From a virus (taxonomy: Duplodnaviria > Heunggongvirae > Uroviricota > Caudoviricetes): a stretch of 64,000 bases of DNA. The stretch lies in the IMG/VR virus record IMGVR_UViG_3300026549_000033, positions 64,001 through 128,000 of that record; one strand, given 5' to 3'. The notes below the pieces were generated by a model. That model made no database searches. It was not told the origin of the DNA and worked only from the letters and a program-made list of their open reading frames with translations. Made by a program: the position numbers and the translations under genes. The first letter of the stretch is position 1; each line of letters starts with the position of its first letter. Shown here one piece after another: positions 49,618 to 62,343 of this stretch.

Positions 49618-50102
49618 TTGTCCATCTTCCTTTCTGCTACTTTCTGAGGTTTATCCTTGAACATGCTGTTAAGCAATGGTTTAATTAAAGCAAACCTTGC
49701 TAAACTCATAGGAATTATAAATAGCATCTTTGCCCCTCTGTTTGTTACACTCTTGAATTGCCTTAAAGCTGAGTTGTTTCCCTCATAAAAAGTCCCTTTA
49801 CTGTTATAAAGGGACTTTGAAACTTTTTCTATACTTTTATTTAGTGGAACGAATATAGCTATAGTAGAAGCTAACTCTATTAACCCTGCTGAGACGGCGG
49901 AAGCTTGTGAGCACTTTTTATCCTTATCGTTTTTAAATGGGAGTGCTCCTATAGCAACAGGTCTTAGAATAGAAGCTAACCCAAAAGATACCACGGCTGA
50001 AAAAACGGCAGGGTTCTTATTAATACCCTTTAGAGCTTTCTGAACCTTCGGACTTCTTCCGATCCAGTTTGCTACCCTTTTTGCTACACCGTCTACTTTC
50101 AT
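49608..50102 (-). CDS. Hypothetical membrane protein
   Basis: Similar architecture to 49147-49617. Confidence 0.75.
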   Translation of the reverse strand: MKVDGVAKRVANWIGRSPKVQKALKGINKNPAVFSAVVSFGLASILRPVAIGALPFKNDKDKKCSQASAVSAGLIELASTIAIFVPLNKSIEKVSKSLYNSKGTFYEGNNSALRQFKSVTNRGAKMLFIIPMSLARFALIKPLLNSMFKDKPQKVAERKMDKWA

Positions 50103-50163
50103 GAACCTCCTAATTGTACTTCTTACACTAAAAAATTTAATAAGAAGGTTTCTTTAAAAATCT

Positions 50164-53100
50164 TCACAATTTAAATCCAAAAGTAAGAATCTTAGCATGC
50201 TCAAAAATAATTTCTCTTTCTATAGCTCTTTGTTTCTCCACGTCTTCCAAGAAGTCCGCAAATTCCATTACTTCCTCTATACTCAACTTCCCTTTTTTAT
50301 ATTCTTTTACAAGGTAGGAAATATCCATATTTTTTAAATCAGGGTACTTTGTAGCTGCTATACTCTCAGGAATATCATAATAAGTCCTGATATGAAAAAT
50401 AAAATCTTCAATTTCCTCTGTCATTGAAACTTCCATGCTCATACAATCATCTAAAGTTTCATAAGCCTTCAGCTCCATTAAATGAAGTAACAAGTTGTCT
50501 TCATCTTCAAAAAAGTACTTAATAATATTTAGTAATTTCTTAATCTTTCTTAACATAAAAACTCCGCTCTCTATAATAAGCATAACACATTATATCAAAC
50601 CTGTCAAATTTATCAAACCTATTAAATTTTATAAAAAAGGAGAACTTTATGAATAAGCAAATCTTAAAAGAAATGCTAAAACAAGCAGGAAAATACATTT
50701 TATCTTACTTCACGCAGTTCCTATGGCCTGTTATACAAAACGCATTAAATCAAACCCAAGAATACTTTATAAATATCCTTTGGGATTCCGTAAAAGACCA
50801 ATTCGCTGATATAGCTAAGTCTACTGTAGAATTCATAGAGAGATTCTTTGACAGCCCCGACTATAAAGAGAAAGAGAAGGCAATAATAGACACTCTTTTT
50901 CAAAACGTGGACCTACCTATCCTGCTTAAACCTTTTAAACCCATTCTTAAAAAAGTTCTCAAAGGGAAAGTCAGGAAGCTTATAGGAAAGTATATCAAAA
51001 AGCTTGACGCTAAATTTTAACTTTTTCTTTTCTCTTCTTATTAGGAAATTGAATTGGACCAAACTCCACTTTTTTCAGGAATTTTATGTCTTCTTCTATA
51101 GCTTCCAAATTATTTACATAGAAATCCGTCACTTTTTCGAGGAACAGCTCTTCCTCATCCGTGAGTTGGTTTGCTTCAAGGAATTTCATTCCTGCGTGAT
51201 AAAACCACTGTTTAATAGTTCTTTTTAAAGGTCTTACCCTTCTAATTAAATCTAAAACACTTTTCTGACGTAAACTTAGCTCTTCCATTTTCTTGCACCT
51301 CTCTTCTTTATTTAGTAACTATCCGACCATTTTACGAAATATTCTCATACTGTGTTTATAATTTCTTGTAAATATTAAATCTAAACTTTCGTTCCTCTCC
51401 TTTATTACCCTTTTCTTTTCTATATATTTTGCCCATTCTTCTGGGTTTTTCTTTAACTGTTTCTTGATCTTCCTAGGAAGTCTGTCGTACTTAGACATTT
51501 AATCTCCTTTCGGTTTCTCCTTATTTTTTCGCATTTTAACCTTCTCTAAAGTTCTCTCAGAGGGTTCATAAAATAAATCATTCCCATCCGCTATACCTAA
51601 AGCCCACAAAGCTTGTATAAACCTTAAATCAGGGTTGTCTATTAAATAATCTAATAGCTCATATGCTATAAGTAAGTTTACAATCTGTTGCTTTTTCATT
51701 AGTATATCCACTCCTCAGGAATTCCTGCGTCTATAGACATAAACATTACTTTAGCACCCCACTTTTCTGCCCATTTCTTAGCCTCGTACATATCTCCTGC
51801 CCGAGAAGCTGTATCTTCTACATAAAAGGCAGCTACCCCCTGTTGAGGAAGCTTACGGGCTCTCCATGCAGCTGTAGTTACACCACGTGACCAAGCTGAT
51901 AACGGAAAGAAAGATATAGCAGAGTCCTCTGTTAAACAATCTATCTTTCCTACATGCTTAGTTCCGTCACACCAAACATTTATATAATCCTCTTTCTTGT
52001 AAAGCTGCGCTTTACGAGTACTATAACTTTGAACATAGCCGGCCGGAGAAACAGGAAGCTTATCTTCCCTTCCTCTGTAACCTTCAACATTTATTTTATA
52101 ATAAGAATCATAATCTACTGTAGGTTGAATCACCTGCGAAATGCGCGGAATTTTCTCAGGATGCGGAGGCTTTATATAAGAACCCTTAATCTCACCTCTT
52201 GCGTCCATATAATAACCGTCTTCAGTTACCCATGTACTCTCGCAGAAACAAGGAAGACCACTAAGCAAAATAACCACTAAAACTGCAGAAAAACTTTTTA
52301 AAAATACCACTTAGGCACCTCCTCAAATGCTTTTTCAATTTCAGGATCATTTATGTAGCTTAATAAGAGCTCGTCAGCTTCAGAATGAGCTACTTCAGGG
52401 TCATGCTTCAGCTCTGCAAGCTCCTTTAACTTTCTTAACAAATCTTCGCGAGAAATCTTAGAATCGCCCTTTTCTACTATAGCCTTAATTTTATCAACGT
52501 AAGGTTCATCCGTATTTACAACATAGTATTTATATTCAGGTTTATTTTCTGTAATTATAGAAAGCAAATGGTATAAGTCATTTAGCTCGCTATCCGTAAG
52601 AGCTTCTTCAATCCAATCCCATTTTACAACCAAAAATTTATTAAACACTATTTATTTCCTTTCAAATAATTTCTTATTTTTCTATAAGCTGCAATACCAA
52701 TTCCTGCAAAACCAGCTACAAAGAAAGACACATATAAAACGCATAAGCAATCTTCCTCTGTTATTTTCAATTCTTCTGCAAGTTCTTTTATTTGTTCTTT
52801 TACTTTTTGTCTGCTTTGCGGGTTATGAAGGGCTCTTGTACCCCATACAAGGGCTACAAGTCCTGTAGTTATCCATATTCCTGCAATTATCTTTGTAATT
52901 GAAATCATTAGCATGGTTTCCTTTCTTCTTTATAATAACACATAGTTAAAGTATGTTCAAGGTTATTCTGTGTCTTCAATAAATTCTATATCTAACAATT
53001 CAAGGCACTTATGAGCTTCATAAGTACCACAACAGTCGTCCAAACAACCTTCGTTGTACCCAATACCGTCACAACTATCACATAAATGGCTATTAACCAC

Positions 53101-53604
53101 TTTTAAAAGGTTATTTGCTATCCGCTTTAAGTAGCAATCCGAAATGTCATAGCACTTTTTGTCTTTCGTAGAATTTCCACATTCGTTACAAATTTCACTT
53201 CCGTCAAAATACACAGACTTCACTAAGTTATGACAACTTTTAATAATAAACTTATTATCGTTAAGCGAAGCCTTTTCTTCGCCCTCTTGGAAATTTATAG
53301 TACCTCTCATCAGGTAATTTCCCGTGTCTTTATCTTGTATGTACTCAACATTTTTTATGTTAAATTCTACGATACCACAATTATTTAAGTCCTCTTCTTC
53401 TATCGCTTCAAGGACTTTATCCCTTAAATCTACAGCTATTTGCTCAAGCTCCTTTGAAGTTATTGGACACCTAAAACTTTTAGCAAACCACCTCTTATAA
53501 TTCAACAGGTCTGCTTTTACTTCTGTTAGCCCACTTTCTTTTAACTTATTTGTAAGTTCGCTCTCAATAAACTTTACAATAGTATCTACATCATGCAATA
53601 ACAC
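50164..53604. CDS. Hypothetical genes 50164-50583(-), 50649-51020(+), 51010-51288(-), 51499-51711(-), 51699-52310(-, signal peptide), 52298-52648(-), 52648-52914(-, TM), 52963-53604(-)
   Basis: ORFs with RBSs and coupling overlaps. Confidence 0.7.
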
Positions 53605-53725
53605 TTTGACCTCTCTTTCTTGTATGTCCCCATGCTTTTATTATATCATCCTTAAAATTTTTGTCAAATAAAAAGGGGAGCACCGCACTCCCCTGAGTCA
53701 AAATCATGCAAAATAAAATATAGTG

Positions 53726-53971
53726 TTATTTGTTATTTTCTATTATTTCTTCAATTTTAGACTGTGTGAGCATGCCTACAGTCCTATGAACTTCTTTACC
53801 GTCTTCGTTAAGAAATATTAAGGTAGGTGTGGTACATATATTATAACGGTCCACGTTCTCAATATCTTCCATAGCATTAATATTTTCCACTTCTACGTCT
53901 ATTTTTTCTAATATTTTTCCTAAAGTTCTACAAGGCATACACGTCGGTGTATAAAATTTTAAAATCTTCAT
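53726..53971 (-). CDS. Thioredoxin/glutaredoxin-like protein
   Basis: FYTPTCMPCR CxxC motif, TPTLIF cis-Pro motif. Confidence 0.88.
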   Translation of the reverse strand: MKILKFYTPTCMPCRTLGKILEKIDVEVENINAMEDIENVDRYNICTTPTLIFLNEDGKEVHRTVGMLTQSKIEEIIENNK

Positions 53972-54280
53972 GCTTCGTCTTCTCCATTATCGTCTGTCTC
54001 ATTTTCGTCTTCTGCCATAATATCGTCAAAAGGAATTTCGTCGTCTTCCATCCCAATTAAATCAGGATTCTCTATACATAACTTATCCAAATAAGCTAAT
54101 TTATCGTCATATTCTTCTCTGTAGCACCTTAGAGGTAGAACCTTAAAATCTACTCCCACAACCTCAGACTTCATAAACAAAGTTCTTTGAAGTCCTGAAA
54201 AGAAAAATATCGCTGTCCAAATTAATAAGCGAGCAAAAGCTATTATATAACTTCCTATTTCTTTAAAAAATCTAACAACT

Positions 54281-54847
54281 TTAGACCACAGACATTCCAT
54301 CAAAGTCACCTGTCATTTCTTTTAGTTTTTCTAGTACCACATTTATACGCTCTTTATCAGGACACTCTAAAATAGTATATTCATACCCCTCTTTGTTCAG
54401 CCACTCTTTTAACTGAAACGCAAGAGCATCCGCTTCCTCTTGGGTCTGATATCGTCCTTTAGCTACATACTTTTTCTTTCTTGGTAAAAAGAAGTTCACA
54501 ACTTCAACACCTGCTTCTTCTGCCAAGTTGTAAAAGTTATGGCACACCTCATTAAGAGCTTCATTACCATTATAAAAATAGTGGTAAAAAGCTGTAAGCA
54601 TTACAGGACTATCTGAAATAATAAAATCTACTTTATCAAAAAGACGAGACTGGTTATGAGTTTCTTTACCAAAAATATAGAACTGATCAAACGGTCCTAC
54701 TTTCTTTCCTTCCCATGCCCAACCTTTAACATATTCACTTGTATACTCTGCATTCAAGTCCATAGCTTTTAGCTGAGCAAATAACTTAGCACTTAAGCTT
54801 GTCTTACCTGAACTTGGGCATCCTAACATATTTATCAGAATAGTCAA
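54281..54847 (-). CDS. P-loop nucleoside/nucleotide kinase-like protein (AAA_28/NadR-like)
   Basis: GCPSSGKTS Walker A, EYVK, ISDSP. Confidence 0.75.
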   Translation of the reverse strand: MTILINMLGCPSSGKTSLSAKLFAQLKAMDLNAEYTSEYVKGWAWEGKKVGPFDQFYIFGKETHNQSRLFDKVDFIISDSPVMLTAFYHYFYNGNEALNEVCHNFYNLAEEAGVEVVNFFLPRKKKYVAKGRYQTQEEADALAFQLKEWLNKEGYEYTILECPDKERINVVLEKLKEMTGDFDGMSVV

Positions 54848-55636
54848 TTTCTCTCTCCTTTTCTCTATAATTTAATTATAGCATGGGAGAGAGAAACTGT
54901 CAAAATATAAAACAAAAATTTGCCAAATTATAAATTAAAACTTCACGAATAACATCCAAGTAACTATAATAGCCATAGATATAAGCCAAAAAACTATACC
55001 AAACTTATCTGCTAAAGATAACTCAAATTCTTTTCTGAATTCATCTGCATAATCAGGAACGCAAGGGTCCTTATGACAACAAAACTCACACTTTGTATAT
55101 GGGTTTTGGCAGTTATATCTTTTCGGAAATTTCCCGTTCCAATCTGACAGCTCCGTTCCTTTCTTCATAGTCCTTTTTCCTCTTTCCACTTATTATAACA
55201 CTCTTCATCACAAAAGGTATAACTAAACTTAGTATAACCACCGTCAGCTTTTACCTTCTTCAAAACTTCTTTTACAGAATCCGAAGCAGGGTAGTGCTTT
55301 ATGCAGTCACCACAATAGTCACAAGTTACTTCTATCCATTTACGTATCATTACACGTCTACCTTCTCATAATGGTACTTTTCGACTCTATTGGCTTTACC
55401 ATAAGCCTCTATATCGTCTATTTCAAATAAGTCAGTTTGCCATTCTCCGGGCCACGCAGCATAGAGCTTGCTCCCTTCATACTTAACCCTATAGTAAACA
55501 GCTCGCTTATCATCAACATAATTAGGTACTTGGTCTATCTTACCTTTAGAAGTTTGCTCTATGAAACAAACCTCTTTTGAATCATATGGAAATTTGTCAT
55601 ACTTACTTCTCTTATCTACGTCAGATGCTTTTCTCA

Positions 55637-56104
55637 TTACATACCTTCCTTCTCATGAAATTCTTTCCAACATTTATCCTTTTCACTATAACATTTACAT
55701 TCAGGAATTCTCATTCCAAGTTCTAAGTTCTTTCTGCATTTATCTAAAGGCTCACTTCCTATACCTTTATTGTAGTACAAATAAGGACACGCAAGTTCTT
55801 CCATAGGCTTCGGCTCAACTCCATTTAACCAGTCACCATAGGTACAACCATATTGTGAAAAATGAAGTACTACCCCATCTTCACATCTATAGTCTTCAGG
55901 ACCATGAACAATCCCACAGGTCTTTCCAAAAACTCTTTTTATACCTTCCTTTACTTTCTTGCCTGTGAACTCATTATACTGAAAAGCAGTGTAACCTTTA
56001 CCGTCACACTTAGTACAAACAACAGCACAGCCGTCTTGTTCACACATTCCTTGGTATAAACCTGTTCCGTGACAAGCAGGGCACTCTATCTGTATTTCTT
56101 TCAT
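55637..56104 (-). CDS. Protein with DnaJ-type CxxCxGxG zinc finger
   Basis: CPACHGTG, CTKCDGKG; start reassigned to the ATG inside the 32-bp repeat. Confidence 0.7.
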   Translation of the reverse strand: MKEIQIECPACHGTGLYQGMCEQDGCAVVCTKCDGKGYTAFQYNEFTGKKVKEGIKRVFGKTCGIVHGPEDYRCEDGVVLHFSQYGCTYGDWLNGVEPKPMEELACPYLYYNKGIGSEPLDKCRKNLELGMRIPECKCYSEKDKCWKEFHEKEGM

Positions 56105-57185
56105 TCCAAAATTCCTTTCACTTGTTGCTTTTATTTTCTCCAAGTTATTCATAAATCATCTTAATTAGTTCTATTAGTATCATACATATATCTGGACAAT
56201 TCTCTTGCCCAATTTCAATACCTTTAAATACTCCATTTTCATAGTTAATTATATACTTCATTCCAAAATTCCTTTCACTTGTTGCTTTTCTTCTTCGTTC
56301 ATAAACTACCTCTATAATTCTTTAAAAGCTTTTAATAAATTTTCTGCTTGAGTTTGAAAAATATCAAACTTTTCTTGAGTTTCAATTGTTATCCTGTATT
56401 TAGGCGAGGATAATAAGCATGGTTTAGAGCCACTCTTTATAAGCTCATAATTAGAACATTTATATAATTTTTCGTCAATATAAATTTCTAATGTTTTACA
56501 GTCTTTTTCATAATCGCCATAAATACGCATCGGAGGTATGTTAGGAAATTCACTCCCAATCGTGCATTTGAGATTACTCTCATCCATCTCTTTATCTAAT
56601 CTTTTTTCAACTTCTTGCATCTCATAATCATTAATTATTCTTATTTCTGATACGCACTTTAAAAATTTAATATTAAAGTTAATCGTGCCTAATTGATAAG
56701 TTAATTTCATATGCCCACCGCCTTTCATATATTCTTCTGTTTCATCTGTGCATAATGCAACTTTATCAAATTCAACTTCTTCGCATACTCCTGTAAAACT
56801 CTGCGTATTATTAAAATCACTAAATATGTTTTTTAGTATTGTTTCAATATCCGAACTATTAAAAGTTGTTCCCATTACTGGTAAATCATCAGGGGATGAA
56901 ATTTCATTCCTATAGGCATCATTTATTGTTGTTATATTCCTACTTTTATCTTCACTTCTCATTGGTTATCCTCTATTACTTCTGACTCTAAAATCTTTTT
57001 TCTAATTATTGCAACTTCATCACTTAATAAATAGTTGTCACAATTTTTAATTTCACCGTCTTCCAATACATTATCAATAAAATAAAATGTATTCTCGTTT
57101 TTATTAGGTAGTTTATTATAAGTATTTTGATTCATAGCTAATTTTATCATTCCAAAATTCCTTTCACTTGTTGCTTTTCTTCTTC
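56101..57185 (-). repeat. Three exact 32-bp stop/RBS/start junction repeats (56101-56132, 56258-56289, 57147-57178)
   Basis: AAAAGCAACAAGTGAAAGGAATTTTGGAATGA on the minus strand. Confidence 0.9.
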
Positions 57186-59668
57186 TGTTAGGTCTTGCCA
57201 AATATCGTTGATAATACTTGCAATTAAAATCTCAATATCCGCATTCAAAAAATTTGAATAAGGATATTTTGGGTCAGGATTTTTATCAGTTTTCCTATTA
57301 AAATAAAAATTAAATATAAATTTTTCTTTATTATATGTGCAAGTTATTTCAAGTTTTCCGTCTAATTTCCCTAACCACTTAATCAACTCAAGCTGTTTCT
57401 CTGCAGTGAATGGTGGGTAATTCTCTCTATTATCACAATTCGGGCAGTCGTGTGCTTTTCGCCAAGTTTTATTTATATAACAAGGGGACAGACATTCTTT
57501 TAACACCCCTGCATTCTCATACATCTTTTCTATTTCATTCAGCATCTTTCTCAAGCTCCTTCAATATTCTTTTAAACAAACCCGCGTCTTTGCAAGCTCT
57601 TAAGTTCTCAATAACTGTAAACTTATTGCAATCAAGCCACATAGCATTTATAAGGTTCTCAGGTTTAACTACCCAATGTAGGCAGCCTGTATATCTATCT
57701 GTATAAGTCAGCTTTTTCTTATTTATCTTATTTATACCACAAATATAAGAAACCTTTGTCTCACCGTCTATTTCGTGAATTTGAAGTCTGGTACGAAATC
57801 TTGGCAAGTTAATAACTTTACCAAAACCACCGTCATCTAACTCATAGAAGCAGTTCTCTTTTATTTCTATACCAGCTTCTTCTAAAGCTTTCTTTATCTG
57901 CTCTTCTGTTACTATCTGCATTTATTCTTCCTCCGAGAAATAATCATCTTCGTCTTGTAAATATTGTTTATCTACATTGCCCTTTATGTTACATAACTCG
58001 ACAAGTTTCTCTGCAATCCAAATAGCAGACTCACATTGTCCTTCTTGTAATTCTCCGATATCAAATAATTTTTCTTCCCCATATCTTTCCAACAACTGCG
58101 GATATGGTTTCTGCCTCATTTGCAAACATTTGTAAATATTGCATTACTTTATCGGGAATTCTTATATTTCTTTTAGGTCTACTCATCAAGTACCTCCATA
58201 GAGCCTACTTGCTTTGCTACACCTCTCAGCCTATAATATTCTTGTCTACTTATTTCTTTAGAGGTTTCAACACCTACACCATATTCAGCAGCGTCTACCA
58301 AAAAGTCATGCATGCACATAATATCAGAGACTTCATCCTCAGACATATTATTTATTTCTGCAAGTTCTGTGAGAAGTTCTCTTTCAAGTTTTCTGTGCTG
58401 TTCAGCTAATTTTCCCAAACGACCACATAAGCCCCAAGCTTTCCTAGAGACTTTCATTACAACAGGTGCGTCTTGCCCATCTGTACTATCTGCGTTTATG
58501 TGTAGGTAGTTCATATTTATTTACCCTCCCATACGTCACAAGTACCACAAATTTCCACTTCTTTGACTACATCGTCTATATTACACCAAGTAGACGCAAG
58601 CGTGAAATAGCAGTGCCTACAATTTTGACAGCACTTTTCAATCCTATAACTTTTATCTCTTATTTCTTTGGCTGTAATCATCTACAACATCTCCTTAAGT
58701 TCTTCTGTCTTATAAGTAGTTTCTTCCACAAATGTTACAGTTTTGTACTGAGCATGAGCTTCAAATCTCAACCTCTTGTAAAATTCTAATGCTTTTTTCT
58801 TATCCGTAAATACCTTAACATCAGGTCTTACAGAATTATCCCAAGCACAAAGTCTATATTTTACTAAATATTTTGTGTCTGCCATTATCTATTCCTCCAT
58901 TCTTTATAAGGTATGGAATTTCCGTCAAAACAAGTTACATATATCTGAAAATCGTGTATTTCTGCATAGCCTACAGAAAACATCTTGTCTATAATCTCAT
59001 AAATATTCTGAGAGCTATAAACAAATTGCTCAGAACCTTCATAGCTGTGGTCTCTTTGTGTTAATGTAAATACTTCATCCATAAGTTATTCTCCTATGTA
59101 CATTATTTCTACATTAGTCAATAGTGTCTCAGCAAAGCCCTCCACATAGTAGCTATTACACCCTTGGCATTCGTCGCCTTTATACGCACAGGACTTCTGG
59201 TGCTCTGTTATATTTAGGCATAATCTTACTATCTTTTTAAAAGGACATTCTTTATTGTAACAGAATCCTTCATTTCCAGAAGTACACCCATTATCAGCTC
59301 TAAAGAATGAAGGGCAGTTTTTAATAACAAAGAGTCTATTCTTGTTCATCAGAAACCTCCCTTATAAGAAAATCTTCATAATCTTTTATATACTTCAAAG
59401 GTTCTTTAGTTCTTTTTACAATATATGGTGTATCCTCATGAAGCGGAGGAAAGCACTTATTCGGTTCTGTGAGAATTTCAATAAGGCATTCTCTTGGAAT
59501 TGACCTTTCCCAATGGCTATCTCCGAAGTCTTTATATCTCCACAAAATAGAATTTGCATACGTATTTTCTTCTTCTGTACAAGAATATAAGACCTCGTAG
59601 TGTACATCCCACTCAGTAGCACTTATCTTATTTTCTCTATATCCTATTATTTGAATTTGATCCGTCAT
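56312..59668 (-). CDS. Block of hypothetical genes (56312-56962, 56959-57150, 57147-57554, 57535-57921, 57922-58125, 58179-58514, 58682-58885, 58885-59082, 59086-59349, 59336-59668)
   Basis: Tightly coupled minus-strand ORFs. Confidence 0.7.
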
Positions 59669-60079
59669 CTAAGCCCCCACCAATTCATAGTACTTATAAA
59701 CTTTTGATCCGTAGTCTTCTTGTAAATCCAAATATTTACCGTTAACCACTGCTATATCATGGTGAGCCGTAGTTAATATGTACTTTCCTTTTCTGTGCTT
59801 TTCACAAAACTTTCGTACAGTCATAGACCTTTCACCCTTTTTAGGAGCAGGAATAACTCTTGGCTCTAAGCCAAAAGCTTCTGCTCTTATTCCTGAGTAT
59901 TTCTTTCCGCTTGCATTAGGCATTACACCGTACTCTTTTCCAATTTCACAGCACTTATCATAAACTTCATACCATGATAAACCTGTAGCAGCACAAAGAG
60001 CCCTTACAACGCAGTCACACGCATCTTCGTGACCTTCAGGGTTTGGGTTATAATACTTGAAATACTTGTCTTTTATCAT
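59669..60079 (-). CDS. Conserved phage protein with a DCVVRA...H motif (possible papain-like fold)
   Basis: YYNPNP...DCVVRALCAATG...HDIAV. Confidence 0.55.
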   Translation of the reverse strand: MIKDKYFKYYNPNPEGHEDACDCVVRALCAATGLSWYEVYDKCCEIGKEYGVMPNASGKKYSGIRAEAFGLEPRVIPAPKKGERSMTVRKFCEKHRKGKYILTTAHHDIAVVNGKYLDLQEDYGSKVYKYYELVGA

Positions 60080-60120
60080 ATCTTTGTTAGCTCCTTTACT
60101 TTATAAGTATAACAATTTTT

Positions 60121-60540
60121 TTATGTAAGTTCAAGGTTATTTTTCTCTTCCTCAATCGCCTTATTCAATTTATTTACTTCCATAGTGGCTTTTGCCTTTG
60201 AAGTAAACACCTTTTCAGCAGGAAAGCCATTACACTCGTCCCAGTACAGGACTCTATATTTATCTGAACCTTGTACTTGCTGAACGTCAACCCTAGTTAC
60301 AACCCAATAGTCATGACACCAATGCTCATTTATATGCCACTCTACAGGTCTTTCTTCTCTCTTATAACCTATACCATGGCACTCAGGACACTCATATTCT
60401 TTCCCTTCAAGCTTTATTTCACCCTTACCTTTACAAACAGGGCATTTTATTTTCTTTCCTTCAGAATAAAAACTTATAGTCCAGAAAGGAGTTCCTGGCT
60501 TTAATATTTCGTCCCATGCCAACAAATTTTTATCTTTCAT
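60121..60540 (-). CDS. Protein with DnaJ-type CxxCxGxG zinc finger
   Basis: CPVCKGKG, CPECHGIG. Confidence 0.7.
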   Translation of the reverse strand: MKDKNLLAWDEILKPGTPFWTISFYSEGKKIKCPVCKGKGEIKLEGKEYECPECHGIGYKREERPVEWHINEHWCHDYWVVTRVDVQQVQGSDKYRVLYWDECNGFPAEKVFTSKAKATMEVNKLNKAIEEEKNNLELT

Positions 60541-60541
60541 T

Positions 60542-61003
60542 TTATTCTCCTTTCCACTTATCTTTTTTAAACTCTACATATTTCTCGTATTCTTTTATAG
60601 CTATTTCTATAGGAAGCTCCGCATTTGTGGAATATTCTGTGAATTCTTCATATTCCTTAACATATCTAAATACAGCTGTTTCTAAGTTGGGAACAATAAT
60701 AGGAATTCTTCCTTCAATATCTCTGCAGGACTCTTCAAGTAAATCTAACAAGCAGTTGTACTTTATAAGTGTCTCCCTACTTAAGCTCAAGTTATTTCTA
60801 AGAACTTTTGCATAAACAAGTACCCACTCCTTATTCTTTCCTATCCACTCTTTAAGCTTCTTGCCTGTCGGAATACGGGCATAGCCAAAATGTAGGACAT
60901 CTGAGAGCATTTGCATGAGCTCTAATAACTGTTTATGTCTTATGCCTTTAGGTACCTTCACTGCAGCTTCTGCGGGGTTCTTATCTAAAATTAAAAGCAT
61001 CAT
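60542..61003 (-). CDS. Pyrimidine-dimer DNA glycosylase-like protein (diverged)
   Basis: N-terminus LILDKNPAEAA...HKQLLELMQMLS resembles the family start. Confidence 0.45.
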   Translation of the reverse strand: MMLLILDKNPAEAAVKVPKGIRHKQLLELMQMLSDVLHFGYARIPTGKKLKEWIGKNKEWVLVYAKVLRNNLSLSRETLIKYNCLLDLLEESCRDIEGRIPIIVPNLETAVFRYVKEYEEFTEYSTNAELPIEIAIKEYEKYVEFKKDKWKGE

Positions 61004-62343
61004 GACTCCACCATCTTTCTATATTCTTCCATCCATACCATAGCTTTCTCATAAGGTACTTCTTTACTGAAATCTATAGTAATAAATTTTCTAAGACGCT
61101 GCCCATAGTACTCGTCACTCAACCATATTATAGGCTCCGTGTAATCTACCGCAGCTTCCGTAATTCCTTTTTCAGTTAGTATATCTTTCAATCTATCAAA
61201 ATACCAACAGGTATTACTCACATCCCTATTCTTGTAAGTCAGCTCCACTTCATATACTAACTCTATCTTACACTCATAGTCTACTTTCTGCCTTCTAAAT
61301 TCATTAAGAGCTGATAAATGACCATAAGTTGCATACTCGAGGTGCCTTTCCATTTCTTGACTTTCGGGAGACATTAAGTAGTGTGGAGTACATGTTAACC
61401 CAAAAGACTTCGTTTCTATAGAAAGACTAACATTATCTAATATTCCACCACAGTACCTCTCGCTATACTCAATTAAAGCCTTCCTCAACTTAGAATCACA
61501 AATATTATAATAACTAAGCATTTCTGCAGGGTACCATTCTTCTCTTGTTATCATATTAGGTAAGACTGCCATCTATTAATTTTCCTCCTTAAAAACCTTA
61601 TATAATACCATCTCCGTTTTCTTTTTAGCGTGGAGCGGCTTTACCATACAATAAAGTATACCTGCTTCGAACATTTTGTGTAACTCTTTTTCTATAACTG
61701 CATCTCCTATTTGAGCTTCATAAAGTTGTACTACAGTTTTTATCATTAATGGAAGCCGCCTATAGTCATTATCACTGGCATATAAATGGACATGGTATTG
61801 TCCTGATACCTTAGTTTTATGAGGCACTCCCAATTCTAAATACATAACTTTCTCCTTAATCATAGTAATCCAAAGCGTCTACACAGTTTTCTCTTATTAC
61901 TGCTTGCTGCGCCAAGTATGTCTCAAGCATATTTATGGCATGCACCAAATGAGAGGTAGTCATATCCTTTACATTTACAGCAGAGCCATTTGCACACCGC
62001 CACATATAATTAAATCTATTGGCAAGCTCTTGTCTCAAAACATGTAAGGCTTCTTCATCGTAGTTCAAAATTCTATCTTTCACTATTTGCCCTCCTATCT
62101 ATAAAATCCTGTATTCTCTAAATAAGGTTTAAAGATAAATTTTATCTCCATGCGCCCCTTCATACAAGCAACTTGAGATAAATCCTTTTCGCGCGCCGCA
62201 TAATAATGGAATCCCACACCTTTCCTTTCTATCCTTACTATCGAAAATATATCGTCAGGATGACCCCTCCTTACTAGAGCGTCCCCTACTTCGTAGCAGA
62301 CACAATCATTCTTACCAGTTTCCATATTCATTTCGCAGTACAT
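61000..62343 (-). CDS. Hypothetical genes 61000-61572, 61576-61863, 61856-62083, 62095-62343
   Basis: Coupled minus-strand ORFs. Confidence 0.7.

Noticed and set aside
55637-57201. KATSERNFGM as a protein motif
   Set aside because: Alternative-frame translation of the 32-bp DNA junction repeat; RBS position favours the ATG inside the repeat.
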